Assembly (NCBI GenBank): GCA_051362555.1
Contig: CM120644.1
Span: forward strand, 7,634,954-7,698,953
Reading direction: 5' to 3'
DNA from: Lingula anatina
Taxonomy: Eukaryota; Animalia; Brachiopoda
DNA: 64,000 nucleotides
The notes under the pieces are model-generated. The model was not told the DNA's origin and did no database searches. It saw only the letters and a program-made list of their open reading frames with translations. How positions within the stretch are numbered: the stretch's first letter is position 1; each line of letters starts with the position of its first letter. Both the position numbers and the translations under genes were made by a program. Of this stretch, positions 24,137 to 38,128 are shown in pieces.

Positions 24137-27049
24137 TAAATGTGATGCAACTTTCTCGGAGAATTCGGCACGCGCTATTTAGCGCGAAGCACATTAGTGT
24201 GATTTTCATCTCAAATTGCTTGATTCCCTTGGGGCGACAAACACGATGTTCTACTCTACGTTAGCTGAAGTAATTGCTCTAATTGGTAACTCCTAGCATA
24301 TGTGTATTCTTTGTTAATTTTAATTAATCTCTGTTATGTTACATATGATTTTAAATGTATGCTGCATGATTTGTATTTATGATAAATCTCTAAAGACAGC
24401 AAGGAGTTGTATCTCACCATTTAATTAAGATATTTTATTAGCAATTTTACTGGTACATCTGTTCTTTATATTACGATACATGCTAATTCACACACTGTAT
24501 TATCATTATCATAGTATTATATTGCACAAAGTCGTGCTCATCTAGGTACCAGTACAGAATAAATAAATTGACTGAACTGATATTACAAAGCGATTTGGGG
24601 TCCCCTTGTAGAGTTTCATTGGTAATGGTTCGTTATCAAGTGCATAGCTTTATAAGTTTTGTCAATAGCTGAATAGTACATACACATAGTTGACTTATGG
24701 GTAAATATAAGAACTTTAAAAATTATTTAACACTGCTATTGACAAAATAATCTATACATATGATTAGGTTTGATATTGGCATTAGGTATTCCCTTTGTTC
24801 CCGCTTGAAGTTACTATACTGCTGTTATTGCGGGAAGCTGGCTTGGGGTTCAATTAGTTGTGACACATTCATAAACTTCTCGTACTTGAAATAGTTGATA
24901 AGTCACACCGACCGGTCGGATGCTGTGTAGCCAAAAAAAAGTTTTGTTTTAATGCCACAGTTTTATTTCGAATTGTGGGTGGCACTTTTACTCCCTTGGT
25001 ACTTTTAAGCGTCCATGTTTTGAACACCAAAATCGATTGAGCAGAGAAAGAGAACAGCTGAAACGAATTCGCACTAAATCACAAGATTTGTAACCATGCA
25101 CAATCTGAAGAGAAATGAAGGAGCGTAAACTGAAAAAAATACAACTTAGAATTGATTGTAAAATCTCAAAGAAAAAAAATGACGAGATCAAAACAGCACC
25201 CTGAACTTGACAACCATGATATAATATATCTCAGCATCACATTGAAGATTCCCCATGGCAGCACAATTATCTTTCTATGGCCATTTCCTTGAAAAGCCAC
25301 CTTTGGGAGCTTTTATCTTTTATAGGTAATAGAATATTCCACTTTATGGAATGTGGTTTCGGCATTTATCGGCCACTTATATTGTTAGTGTATATCTCGT
25401 CGGGGTGCTTTTAAGTAAAGTATATTGTGTGTCCGAACTTTGCTCCTTTTAACGCGCTTTATAGGCACGTGTCCACGGGAACTATGTCTGCTTTATCTGT
25501 AATACAATCCTGGAACGCCCAACCGTTAAGGTTCAAGACGACAGGTTTTGGCAGATTTCGATGTATCTCTTATGCAAACGGTTCCAACAAACTTCATTGG
25601 CGACAGCGACTATTTTGACTTTCCGATCGTGAAATCTAATTTGATGCTGTTTTTGTGAATGGTGCTATTAAAGCCTTTCCAGATATGACACCTACAAAGA
25701 GAAGCTACGTAAATTAACCAGCAGAACTCGTTGCATTTTGTTTCGAAAATAATCGCCTCCTTTGCCTTTTAGATAATGACATAGAGCACCGAACTATGCG
25801 TCGGCAAGCAAATGTAATGTGAAGGAGACGGTTCTGCCCCACGCTATAATTTAGACAGTCGGAAGAGAGGTTGAAATGCAAAAAGCGTTATCAAGGAACG
25901 ACAGAGCGCTCAATGCTACAACCAACAGTAGTTGATTTTTGTAGTTTTATTGTTTGCATATGTGTACATGTGTATTCTACCTATACATATACACCTAACA
26001 TGTACAACTTCACGCAACATTGCACCATTACTCGCATGCAGTGATGAACTACAATTTTCTCATTTTAAATCTTCACTTTTAAGTGCGTCCTTAATTAATA
26101 ACCCCATGACACGAATCGTGCTGCATCCTACGCACATCATTTCTTCGAAAGCCAACACCCGAGTATTTCAACTTAAGCGTGAAATAAAAAAACGCTGTAA
26201 CGCGAGTTTGCTTATATTCATACACCCAAGTAACCGTCGCTTTACCAGTTCCTAAATATATCAAACACGCACTAATTACCTCGAATCAATTAAGTAGACG
26301 CTTTGGTTTAAGAAAAAGTAAAAAAGAAGCAAGGGGTGATCAGGAGGCTGTGAGGTATTAATTTTAATCCTGATGATAATAACCTCTGTGTAGAGTTCTC
26401 TAAATTCCTTGTATTAATTTTGAATAAGTAACTAACAGTAATAGATAAAGTAACAAATCAAGAATCTGTCAGGTTAAAAATGGAGAAAAAGATACTATCG
26501 CTCTAACAGACCAAGTTAGCCACCCCCTCCTTTCATAATAATACTGGTACCATTTACAAGACGCTTTTATCCATAAATTTACATAAATGATCACAACGTA
26601 ATGTATTCTACACTCGCACCACTGTACTAGTGAAAACTGTCTTCCTCAATTTATATGAGCAAACATCACCGCCATGTGCAAAACGAAAATATTCCACGTT
26701 CTTTTTTGAGTTGAATGATCTCTTACTGAATCTAAAAAATTGATTCCGTCCTTGGAAATCAATTTCTTTTAATATAAAACTACGAAGATTGATTTTTAAG
26801 GTGGTAGGCCTACTACAAAGCATGATAACTAAACTGCTTGAAATTTGCATGATTTACTAGAAAAGGTACATTATGGAGAATGACAAGACCATTGGATTAC
26901 AAACACATACCAAGGACATTTCTTTAAATTGATTATGTACTACTACATGTCTGCGACACGTTGTCTAGGTGCGTTGTTAGTTTGTTGTGGACCCCCACCC
27001 AGATTACAGCTTATGTGTCTTTTAAGAATTATATAATACTTAACATCTG

Positions 27050-27782
27050 GCCCCCGTTTCACAAAGAATCTTAAATCCGTAGACGTCTTACTCGAGCTGG
27101 GTGGCCTAGCTAGGTCGACTTAGCTGAAGTCGACTTGGAGTGTTTCACAAAGAATCTAACGTCTTAGCTTGGCGTGCTTACCGTAGTCAACGCGCACGAG
27201 AAACTCTTCAAGAAAAGGAGGTGTAAAATTGAAAAAGTTTCACAAGACATGACGTTTCATGGCCTCTTTCGGCCGAGAACGATCGTTTGTCAACAATAAA
27301 AGTCAGCCAAAACACAAACAAAGTTTGTTTTTGAACTTTGTTGATTAGTTTAACTTCAATACAACTTCAAAGTAACAGTTAAACATTAGCTTGTCGTGGA
27401 ACACTACTGAGGGACCTCTAGCGGTCAAAAACAGAAACAAACAGGCGATCGGCTGGGTAAAGTGGAATTTTATTTTTATTTTAATATTCCATAAATGTCA
27501 GTGCTATTCAAGGGTATTGTAACACAATATCTTGAAGGAGGTATGTTCTTTCCAAATTTTTGCTGTTTGTGCTCTCATTTACCGAGTTTTAGTTGAGCTT
27601 CTCGACTTAAGTCTCCTCCCGAGGAGGCTTGAAATCGTCGACTTACAGCTAAGAAAAAAACGACGTAAGCGACCTTTTAGATTCTTTGTGAAACGGGACT
27701 TAGTGACGTATCGACTTAATTACGTTGATAACCAAGCCCTAAGTCAGGGAAACCGACTTAAGTTTTTTTGTGAAACGGGGGC
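27050..27782. mobile_element. PIF/Harbinger-like MITE, 733 bp
   Basis: Perfect 16-bp TIR GCCCCCGTTTCACAAA, 3-bp CTG duplication on both sides, and subterminal repeats of GTTTCACAAAGAATCT. Confidence 0.85.
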
Positions 27783-27785
27783 CTG

Positions 27786-28035
27786 ATAATATCATAAATC
27801 TCTTAATGAAATTATAAAATGACCTTATACTTGATTAGATCTTAAGTCTGTTGATATGGTTATAAAATTACTGTACACTTGATTATATAATAAATCGCTT
27901 AATAAAATTATAAGATGATTTACACTTGATTATATCATAAATCTATATTCAAAATGACTTAATATTTGATTATATCATAAATCTCTATTCAAAATGACTC
28001 TATAGATTTGGGTTATATCATTAACCTCTGTTGAA
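27786..28035. repeat. AT-rich degenerate minisatellite (~35-45-bp unit)
   Basis: Recurring CTTGATTATATCATAAATCTCT..AAAATGAC. Confidence 0.6.
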
Positions 28036-30819
28036 TCTGTAGGCTGATATTTCCCGAACGGTGTTTAATCAAATGGTGTTTAATTATTAAATTAAGCCCG
28101 TTATAGGTGCGCTATTGATATTTCAGATGGACTGAATTGAAATTGGGGTGTGGGTGGGGGGTGCTTACATAGATGACAGCAGCCTGTGTCATAAACATTT
28201 CAATTTACTAGTCATTGGGACCATCACTTACCTAAAATCTACTGATCCAAATCATGATTCACTTGTCTTTCAACAAGACTAGGCATTTCCCCAACTGCAT
28301 TAATATTATAATTACAAAACTTCATTTTGTCAAAGTTTTTTAGAATCATCATGTAACTGCTACATTTCAGAAAAATTAGATCTAGTCGAAAACTCTTGAA
28401 AACTATGCCATGTCGGGTCACTAACGTCTCAGACTGGGAGAGCGAGAAAGAAACTATTGGGAACACTTTAGACCCTTATATTGTTATGCTCCGTCTCTCT
28501 TGCTTCAGTGACAAAGATTTTTTAAAATCTATAACCTCGGTAGAGAGTAGCACCGAACCCTATACATAATAGCGAGCTTGCAAATGACGTGTTGGGCATC
28601 GCCAATAATATGTTATAAAATGTGAAAATTATTAATGGGCTTTAAATTTGGACACGTTCTAAATCATCTGGTGGGTAACGCGATGTCATATAATTCCTAG
28701 GCTCGTAGACAAAATCTGAGAAATTCCAAGACAGACAACGATAGCCATTTTTAATAGTTAAATGTTCTCTTATACAAGCACTTTTCTTACCCGTCCTTGG
28801 GAATCAACCCCTTTTAGTATAAAAATTCAGCCAAAGGGTTTGTTAAATGCTAATCTTTAAACGGGCTACTAAACACGATAACCCTATACCACGTAGATTT
28901 TACAGGAGGTATTAGAAAAGGAATTATAAAGATTATCATTATATGACTTCGGGCTACAAACACGTAAAAATACATTGCGTTAAATTGATTTCGTATTATT
29001 ACATTTCTCCAACAAGGTGTCAATTAAAAAAGCAAAGATCTATTATTCTATTTTTAGCACATCATACTTCATATTTAAGCAGTTTGACGGGTTTTTATAT
29101 TCGTTTGTTAGGTTATTACATTGGGTTTGATCTAATATTGAATCGTTTCTCGCTTAAATGTGATGAAATTGGTGAGGCGATTAAATCTAATAACGGAAGT
29201 GCCCACTCCAACGCAAACAAAGCATCCTCCATTGAATGTCAACCCTTTTAGCTTTAATGTGATAATAAACGTTTAAAAGTTAAATGGAGTGTCCTGAGAC
29301 GGCCTTTTATGCTTACAGAATTATCACATTTATCCTGGAGGAAAGTGCGCCATCAGTTGATGTCAAAGTCCGGATAATTTTACGCAAGAATGGTACATGT
29401 TCTTGCAGGTTTAGGACGCTTAAAAGAAGAGCTCAGTTTGTTTTTTTTCTGTAACGGTACTTATTCTATACAATACTTGTTTCGATCTTCAATATATACT
29501 ATACGGTACAGAACGGTAATTAGCGAAACGAGACTAAGCCATGATGACATCGGAGTGGTGTAAACCCACAGTGTGCAGGCTAATAAAGCTAGCAGTTAGA
29601 TGTTTGATTGATAACGCGTTACTTTTCATCAATGTACAGAGTTGATAGTGTACATATCAATGGTGTTAGTGTCAGTGGTTTTAGCGTAAAAGTTGTCAAT
29701 TTTAAGCACGTTTTGGTCTCTCTCTATCTGTCCCCCTCTCCCAATCTCTCTCTATCTTCTTCTCGCCTTTACATGGTGAAATAACAATGCAGTCTTCACT
29801 CTGTCAACTTTATGTCGCAAAATATCGTTAGAAAAAGTGCACTAATATGATTGACACATTTTGTTCTTCTAGCATTAGCGCAATGGTTTGCCCCAAGCTT
29901 CCATACACTTACTTTATTACGTGGCCTAGCTACAGCAATTGTTATAGCAGCATTCCCCAAGCACAGCTATCGCAATTTCAACACGTCTCTCTGTCGCACT
30001 CTCCAGGAACAGTCGATAGAAGTTTGCATATTGGCCTTGTTATCACTTATTGTTATACATTACTCTGTAAATATTCTCGTTCACCGACTCCTTTCATATG
30101 CACTTTCCAATGAACAAATCAACAAAGTGACAGGTTATTCAAATTCGTTATTTTCTTTTTTGAAACGAGAGTTGCCAACTTTGTAATTCATGCATGATCT
30201 CGTATAATTTTTTTAGTAAAATGTCTGTTTTCCCTGGTCAGACTTTGGAGTATGTTGATGGTGATTTAAAACCATGGCAAACGAACCGGAAACCTTCCTG
30301 AAATATATAAAGACGGAAACATAAATCTCTAAAATTTAAGAAATTCGAATTCACAACTTGCGCACGCGCGTACGGTCATTTGCTCCTGACAAAAACAGCC
30401 AAATATCATTAATGATTTATGAACGCGCTGATATCTCACTTAAGTCAGAAGTAGTATATCAGACGTTTAAAGTCTGGTTTAAGTGTTCCTGGTTCATCTT
30501 TTAGCAGCCTTTCACGAACTGCAAAATATTGATTCTTTTCGTTTCACAAGCTAACGTAATTCAATTTGTAAAAGATCAGTTTATTGAATTTCCCAAAATA
30601 TCTGTGCTCATTTTCTGCTTCTGGATAACTGTCAGCTCTTGATAGACTCCATTCATGTACGTCATACATGTATTTTAAAGAATAAGTGTTGTACATTTAG
30701 GAGACAATGACAGGAATACATCCTCTTTTTCAAAGAATGTGTACCTTCAAGCACATTAAAATGTTTCATTATCGTGAGTCTCTTGAACCAGTACTCCACA
30801 TTGAAAATGTATTACACAC

Positions 30820-30854
<35 letters not shown>

Positions 30855-30858
<4 letters not shown>

Positions 30859-31018
30859 GGAGGATTTAGGCCGTCTTCTGGGTCTTCTAGAAGACGGTCA
30901 GATTTTCAAGTTTACATTGACGGGTATCCAATTTTTTCTGTCGGAAGACGGTCAAAAATGGAGGATGGATCAACAAAGGTAATTTGAAGACTGTCAGAAA
31001 ATATATCTGGATCCGCCC

Positions 31019-31021
<3 letters not shown>
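30855..31021. mobile_element. 167-bp MITE inserted into a (CA)n microsatellite
   Basis: TIR CAGGGGAGGAT / ATCCGCCCCTG with (CA)n on both sides; partial second copy at 13337. Confidence 0.75.
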
Positions 31022-31065
<44 letters not shown>

Positions 31066-31076
31066 CATACATTTAC

Positions 31077-33059
31077 CTTTTCTAATGCGGGTAGGTCCTT
31101 CCAGAAGCCCAAATTCGGTATCAGTTCTACTCCTGATGCACCTCTCCTTACTCGCAGGTACAAAGCACCTCCTACGAGGTATAATACGACCAAAACAATA
31201 AACCTAAAAAAGAACAAAATCAGCACAAGCTATTGTTGGTCTTGCCATCTAGGTTACAAATGTATATATTACATCCATCTAGGTATACATTTAAGCTAGC
31301 TAATTTTATACAAATATATCAACTCGAATGAAGTTCTCTAAATTGTAAAGGTAAGAGCAGATAGAGTCTGTTACACACAAAATGTGAACATGTTTCGGTT
31401 TAAAATATAGACTACTAAAATCGGATAGCTGACTGCGGTAAGTGGGCTTTGCGATAGAAATCACAATGCACTATAGAGGCTTTGCTATAATAAATAAACC
31501 AATAGGAGTAAATAAATAGATAAAAAGATAAATTCATGTTAATAATAGATAAATTAAAGTAAAAAAATGAAAAGTACGAATAAGAATACAAATAAAAAAT
31601 CTGAGTACAAATTAAAAACACGAAAGCGGTTTTCATCATTCTTTTCAAACACAACATAGTCGTCAAAACCGATAGCATTCTTCTTTTTTATTATTTTTTT
31701 TTGCTCAGACAGAGTAACTCCTTTAACCACTCTGTGAAACAGGTCCCACAAACAAATTTGGTAAGTTCGAGCAGGTCAAAGGTCAAGGTCAAAAATATCT
31801 ACTCACGTGACCACCAGTATACTCCCTACGCTAAGGGTAGCTATATAGCATGCATATTTACTTCTTAGAATCATATCCTAAAAATGCGTGAAAATGTCTT
31901 TATGAGATTTGTTTCTGTACTAATCAAGTCGATAGATAACAAAAATGAAGAATCCGTTTTTTAAAAAGAATCTATTTGCGGATAAGCAATTGGTTTGAAG
32001 TAAAACGCAACTTGCAATTTCGATTCTTGATAATATTGTCATACATGTATATATACACACTGAATTTATGAAGTAAAAATAATCAATAGTAAATGATAAC
32101 TTTTAACTTGCGTAAGATAATAAGGATATTTGAAAAATTCCCTATACGTTTGTATTGATTACACATATTTGCCGACTTACATAATCGTATGTTTGGGGTT
32201 TTGAGTTAGCTCGAACACCGATTGCCTTGAAAATTCCTTCAGTCTCGCGGTCGCATACCAAAGCCACATGGGAGATCCTTCAAGTTGGAAAAAAAGCAAT
32301 TTTACATATCCTATATAAAGGAGGCAGCTCTACAACATGAGAAATAATGATGATCGCCACATTGTTTACCAATAAACACTGCCTTGTTAACCTGACAACA
32401 TACAAACAACATTTTATGAAAGGCATGGTATACCTTGAAAGCTTTATCAACAAAAATTCTTCCACAATATCTCTCACAAACAGGTCATTTTTCTGACTCG
32501 TATACCTGAAGTAGCCGTATACCTCAAATACCCATATGTATCCTTAGCTGAATATCTGAGCTCCAATTGCCCGTTCTCAACTCCGAACTCAGCCGAATCT
32601 TGTGTTCCCAGCGACGTGGGATAGGTGCCGCTAACCTGGCAAACCTACATATCAATAGTATTTACATGGAGTATAATGTAAATATTAATCATCTATTTCT
32701 ATTTTCGATCATCACTTGCTGTCTTCAAGTATTTTGCAGTTACACATTATGGAAACTTCAGGACACAAATTTATTCATGCTGCACTTTAAGTAAAAAATA
32801 TCGAGCTGAATAGCAATGTAAACATATCTGATCATAATAAGAATAATTATACTTTTAAGTGAAAACATAGCTTTATCATAAAAATGCTGTCATCAATTTT
32901 TACAACTTGAATTTCGTTTTGTATATTTAACCAGTAATACCGCAACATCGGTGCAAGTGTCCTGTGTTCCCTGTACGTCTGTAAAAGCTTTGCAGGGGTT
33001 CCATTCATACGTCGCTGTGCTTCTGTATGCATTCACTATATCAGTAAACCTAAATTGAA

Positions 33060-33110
<51 letters not shown>

Positions 33111-33153
33111 ATGCAAACCGCACAGAATGAAATTTATACTTCAATCATGCTCA

Positions 33154-33188
<35 letters not shown>

Positions 33189-33757
33189 AATGCCAACCGC
33201 ACAGAATGAAATTTATAATTCAGTCATGCTCATTTTGACATAATGGCAGTTACATAATGCGTCGTGTGCAAATAAACATTTTTGTTTACCGGTCTAGTTC
33301 CTGCTCGCACGAGAAAAAAATACTATATATTCTCCGTATTAAATATCCTTACTAAATATAAATATTACAACGATATTGAAGACAAAATTGCTTTTAAAAA
33401 ATCATATATGTTAACAATTAGACAATAAATATGTCTCCTCCCCCTCCAAAAAATAACAAAAATAGTAAACTGATACAAAGGTGAGTAAATGGGTAACCAA
33501 ATAAGCAAAAACATATTTTCGAAAATAACACGAACCTAATATTTAATACTTAATATATAATAACTTATATATAATAAGATATTTATAATAACATCACCGT
33601 ACCTAGGTTTATTGTTTGCTCTTGCCAAAGGCGTTAGATCTATTGTTCCATCCTCACTGCGACATTGGCATGGACCTGTCTTGGTGCAGCCTGACACCTC
33701 CCGGAGAAACGTCAACACTAATAAGATCCAGCAGCAGCTGAAAATAATTGTGAACAT
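31077..33757 (-). CDS. Cation-dependent mannose-6-phosphate receptor-like / Atg27-like type I membrane protein (single MRH-type domain), multi-exon
   Basis: Phase-consistent GT-AG exons: 33757-33603 (signal peptide, CTKTGPCQC..GTIDLTPL), 33049-32941 (YEWNPCKAF..CTDVA), 32644-32523 (VCQ..SLGTQDSAEF), 32277-32181 (SHVALVCD), 31877-31807 (LRSKYAC..LSVGSILVV), 31203-31077 (TM, GASGVELIPNLGFWKDLPALEK). These motifs are typical of the family. Terminal exon unresolved. Confidence 0.85.
33058..33232. repeat. Intronic tandem duplication of (TAAA)n plus a ~43-bp unique segment
   Basis: ATGC.AACCGCACAGAATGAAATTTATA.TTCA.TCATGCTCA occurs twice, each copy preceded by (TAAA)n. Confidence 0.85.
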
Positions 33758-34145
33758 GTTACAGTTTTCGAAAGTTATGTGAAGAGGGCGCATTGTTTGA
33801 ACCCATGTCTAAAAACCAAATTATGTTATTTTGTCTGAATAATAAATCGATGACTATTTCACGATATATCGGACAGCACAGGTCACCAACAATGGCCCAG
33901 AGATACCAGTATCAATTAGGATAACAAATAGCTGCAAATAGTCCATTATTACTAATAGGTTCCGTGATTTATACTGATAGCCGTGCACAGATGAAATCAT
34001 ATTGGAGCCTGAATCTCAATCACAGTGCTGCATCTTGATAATTAAGAGATAAAGTTGACTGTTCACACCGATTGGATTGAATTGGGTTTAATCAAACTGA
34101 TAAGTTAGGTTATCGTATTTTAACTCTGCGTTTATAGACCGAGTC

Positions 34146-34300
34146 CAGCAGCCTGAAGGACAAGGTATTCACTGTGCCCCTCTCCCAGCCTGAATGGCTG
34201 TGTACTGACTGTGCCCCCCCAGCCCTTCTTGAAGGGCAATGAATTGACCGTGTCCCTCCCTGTCTGAATGGCGGGGTACTGACTCTGCTCCTCTCCCGCT
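34146..34300. repeat. Degenerate ~40-bp GC-rich minisatellite
   Basis: Recurring GCCTGAATGG..GTACTGACTGTGCCCC motif. Confidence 0.6.
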
Positions 34301-34353
34301 TAGAAGACCCTTTCCTTCGCTGTATTAGCAACATAGGAGTGCTTGCATGGTAT

Positions 34354-34621
34354 CAGGGCCGTAGCCTCCGGGGGGGCAGGGGGGGCAGCTGCCTCCCCTG
34401 GGATTTGAGGTGCAAAAAAATAATCGCAATTTCTGACTTCTAATTGAGCAATAAATAACAGTTAAAATGCACCAGAATGCAGTATTATAGGGGCCTACAT
34501 ATAGTTTTAAAAAAATTTCCACACCGTGGGAGGGGGACCTCCCACACCCCCCCCTCGGGGGCTTTACCCCCTCGTGTCCGCTTACTGCCCCCCCTGGCAT
34601 TTTGCTCAGGCTACGACCCTG
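34354..34621. mobile_element. 268-bp MITE with 5-bp flanking duplication
   Basis: TIR CAGGGCCGTAGCC / GGCTACGACCCTG, inner GGGGGGCAG / CTGCCCCCC, and GGTAT on both flanks. Confidence 0.8.
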
Positions 34622-35454
34622 GGTATTGAGTTGTTTCAAAACACTAATTTTAAACTCAGAATACACGCAGTGAAAAATATCCAATGGGTTTTTCAAATCA
34701 AGGTGTAAACTCCACACATCAGCTTATGCTGGTTGTAGAGCAGACGTAAGTTGGTGTCACAGAATTTTAATTTGGCGTCTGATATAAGTACACGGCAACC
34801 AGGGTCTGCTAGCTGTGTAACTGAATATCATGTACATGTTTTCATGATTTCCCTTGGCTGTTGTATTTTGGTGCAGTTTGTATTTGTGTCATTCATCTTG
34901 AATGCTCCCCCTAAAACATTTATGATGAATAAATACCACCACCGTTTTTATTCAATCTTTGATGTAGGAAATTGAGAATCTATTTATTTGTTATTGAATG
35001 GAATAAATAGAACAGGTAGTTTTCTATAAAAATATCCTCAAACTGCAGTATGTTTATCTTTACCACGAGCGCATCATTGATTTTAAAAATAGGTCCTGAT
35101 ACATGTGCTGTACATGCATTTCAATAGTCAACATCGTGACAAACCAAGACTCTTGGGGAATCTATATATAGAAGATGCGTTTGGATACATACTGCAAATA
35201 GAAATGATTTGTTGTCATTTGATTCCATCCTTTTCCCCTCCTCATCTTTATTGGTCACCAATTGATTGAATCTAATGGATAAATGGTTAAATAGAATTAC
35301 TGACAGCATCATTACTCTGATGTTTTCTCAAAGGCAAATAAATGTCGTTTCTATTTCCTCATCAATTGCTTCAGTACGTTTCTTGTAATCGATATAGACA
35401 GTGTATGTGTGTTGTTAAAAAATCCGCCATTCAGTCTATAAAATTACCATGGCC

Positions 35455-35496
<42 letters not shown>

Positions 35497-37165
35497 TTTA
35501 AGCAAGTTTAAGTTTCCAGCCTCTCAATCTGTAGCGGTACAGGAAACTGTTCCCTGTTGATGTGATGAGGACCTTAGACTTGCAATTAATCGCACCTCTT
35601 TTTTTGGTGCTCTCTAAATTAATTGACACATTTTTCTAGTAACGCAAAAGGGAGATCAATACCATTTGTCAATTAGCAAACTATGACAAATTAATCACTA
35701 ACAATTATGTCTTTATTTGTACCCCTGAAGAATACACGGTATACTCCACAATCTGATTAACATTTCTGTTAATCCCAAGAGCCCCGTTCCATCCTGTAAA
35801 TTACTCCAACAGACAATATTCTGCTTCACGATTTACAAGTATAAATGCAAGGGAGGCGTAATTTAAGTGCTACATGTAATAATCATTTGTTATTTTGCAT
35901 GTAAGTCTCGTACATGTAGCAAAGGCAGTTCTGGGAGAAAACTATGTTGATTCATATAAAATACCTTCAGAAAGGGTAAGAATCCGCACTAGGAGGTCAG
36001 TGAAGTCGGCATATTTCTGTATGACTTTTCCTTAATGTTATACTTGAGCTTAAAATGAAGGAATATTTCGGATATTAGATATACATATAATTATTATTTC
36101 GAAGTACACTGTGATAATTGTCACGAAACCGTTCATAAAAAATGGTGCCATTTGCTACTGGTAGTGCCCAATTTGGTCGTAACTTTCTGGTTCAATATGG
36201 CACAGCATTTGTAAGTTTCAAGAAGAATCTGAAGTATGACTTCAGCGCAAGGCCTATAGTTGTTTTAAAAAGAATGGTTAAGTTTATTTGGTGAAATGTG
36301 TATCATAGCTCGTGGAAATAGATTACGAAAAACGCACCTCTGGAAAATCAACTGGCAAAGGGCCAAATGCTACGAAAGGAACTCGAATTAAAATTTGTTA
36401 CAAATGGAGCATAAATTGCAGACATATACCTACATGGATTCAAAAATTACTATTTTGATTTTTACAAATTTAAGTTTCCGAGATGAACTGTCATCAAATA
36501 CAACTAGCATGAAATACTACGCTCCTATTTCACGTTTTCGTTTATGGCCTAGGGTCTATTTGTGCGACCACCTAGTATATACAGACTGTATATCAGAAAA
36601 CATAAAACAGGAGTGCTTATGAAGGAGATTTTGTGCTTATTGCTAACCTGTCCCCATAGGCAATGGGTTGAAATAGAGTTCAGATTACGGCTCGAAGGGC
36701 AGTACGTTAATTTGATTTTTTAAATTCTCCAAAAAAAAAAAAAAAAAAAGTTAATTAAAAAATTTTTAAAAAATATAATAAACAAATAAATAAGGAAAAG
36801 CGGGTTTTGTGTTTTTTTTGGTGTGTGTGTGTGTGTGTGTCGTGGGGGAGGACGTAGGGCGTGCGAGAGAATCTCCTTCTCTGCCAATTGTCCATTTTGC
36901 CAGGTATGAATAATGTGAACATGGCTGACATTTTCAGGTCTAGTAATTGACACCATTGCATTCGTGCCCGTATAAATGTCATCCGCCGTGAATTAGCTAT
37001 GTTATGGAGGGACAGAGATTGCTGGAAATATAGCGCAGCTGGTGCTGATTGCAACACTCTCTCCTCCTCTATCCGTCCCTCCCTCCCTGCCTCTCTCTAT
37101 ATTCCTCTCTCAAATCTTACCGTCTTCTATTCCGCTCTCCCTTGCCTTTTCAATACGCTGTGCAC

Positions 37166-37203
<38 letters not shown>

Positions 37204-38045
37204 GATAAACAAACCACCTTATTATTCTACATAGTACACTCAGTTGTGTTTCAGGTGCGACTCAAAGCGAGGTACGGCAAAGAAAAAGGTCTCTGAACGG
37301 CATGCCACCAGACCGCGTGGGTTGAACGTTGGAATATAAATAACAGCGCCGTTTACTGCAACAAATTAAAACTTCAGAGAAGAATTTCATCAGCTGTGTT
37401 ATGTTATAAGAACAGTGTAATTTTTTTCTTCGATCAACAGCTAAATATTGAAATTGTTTACCTCCAAAATTAAAACCATATTCTAGAGGACATCTTGATA
37501 GCCAAATGAAGGTTTGTATATTATTATTATTATTATTATTATTATTGTTGTTGTTGTTAACTTATCTTTGTGGTTTTTACTGGACGCTGAGAAATGGCAA
37601 AACATTAATTACTTAAAACTGTACTATATGGATGCCTATGTACCTCCACAGAGCTTTACCCTTAACGTATGAATAGAGGCCATAAGTGTGACATTTGAGG
37701 ACAACTTTTTACTAAGTTAATTACTAAAATATAGCTACGTTCTCCAGGTATCGTTAGATATCATTAAAACAATTATCATACAGAGCATAATTCTACAACT
37801 TGGGAAACCTACAGAAAAACTGCTCCGCGCGGCAACCATTAGTCGAGTTAGGTCAAGTTAGGTCAATTTACCGCAATCAATCCACCTGCAAGATTGCCAA
37901 TTTTGAGGTACATGTACCAGTATAGTCCTACATGTTATATCAGTGGATGACGATGCCGACAATGCATACACATTAAAAACGTGTAAATACCCGACCTAAA
38001 GCTTGCAAACCTTCACTTGGAATTCGTTGTGCATTTTTAATACCA

Positions 38046-38046
<1 letters not shown>

Positions 38047-38126
<80 letters not shown>
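38047..38126. repeat. Compound (TG)n(AG)n microsatellite
   Basis: Seen directly. Confidence 0.95.
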
Positions 38127-38128
<2 letters not shown>

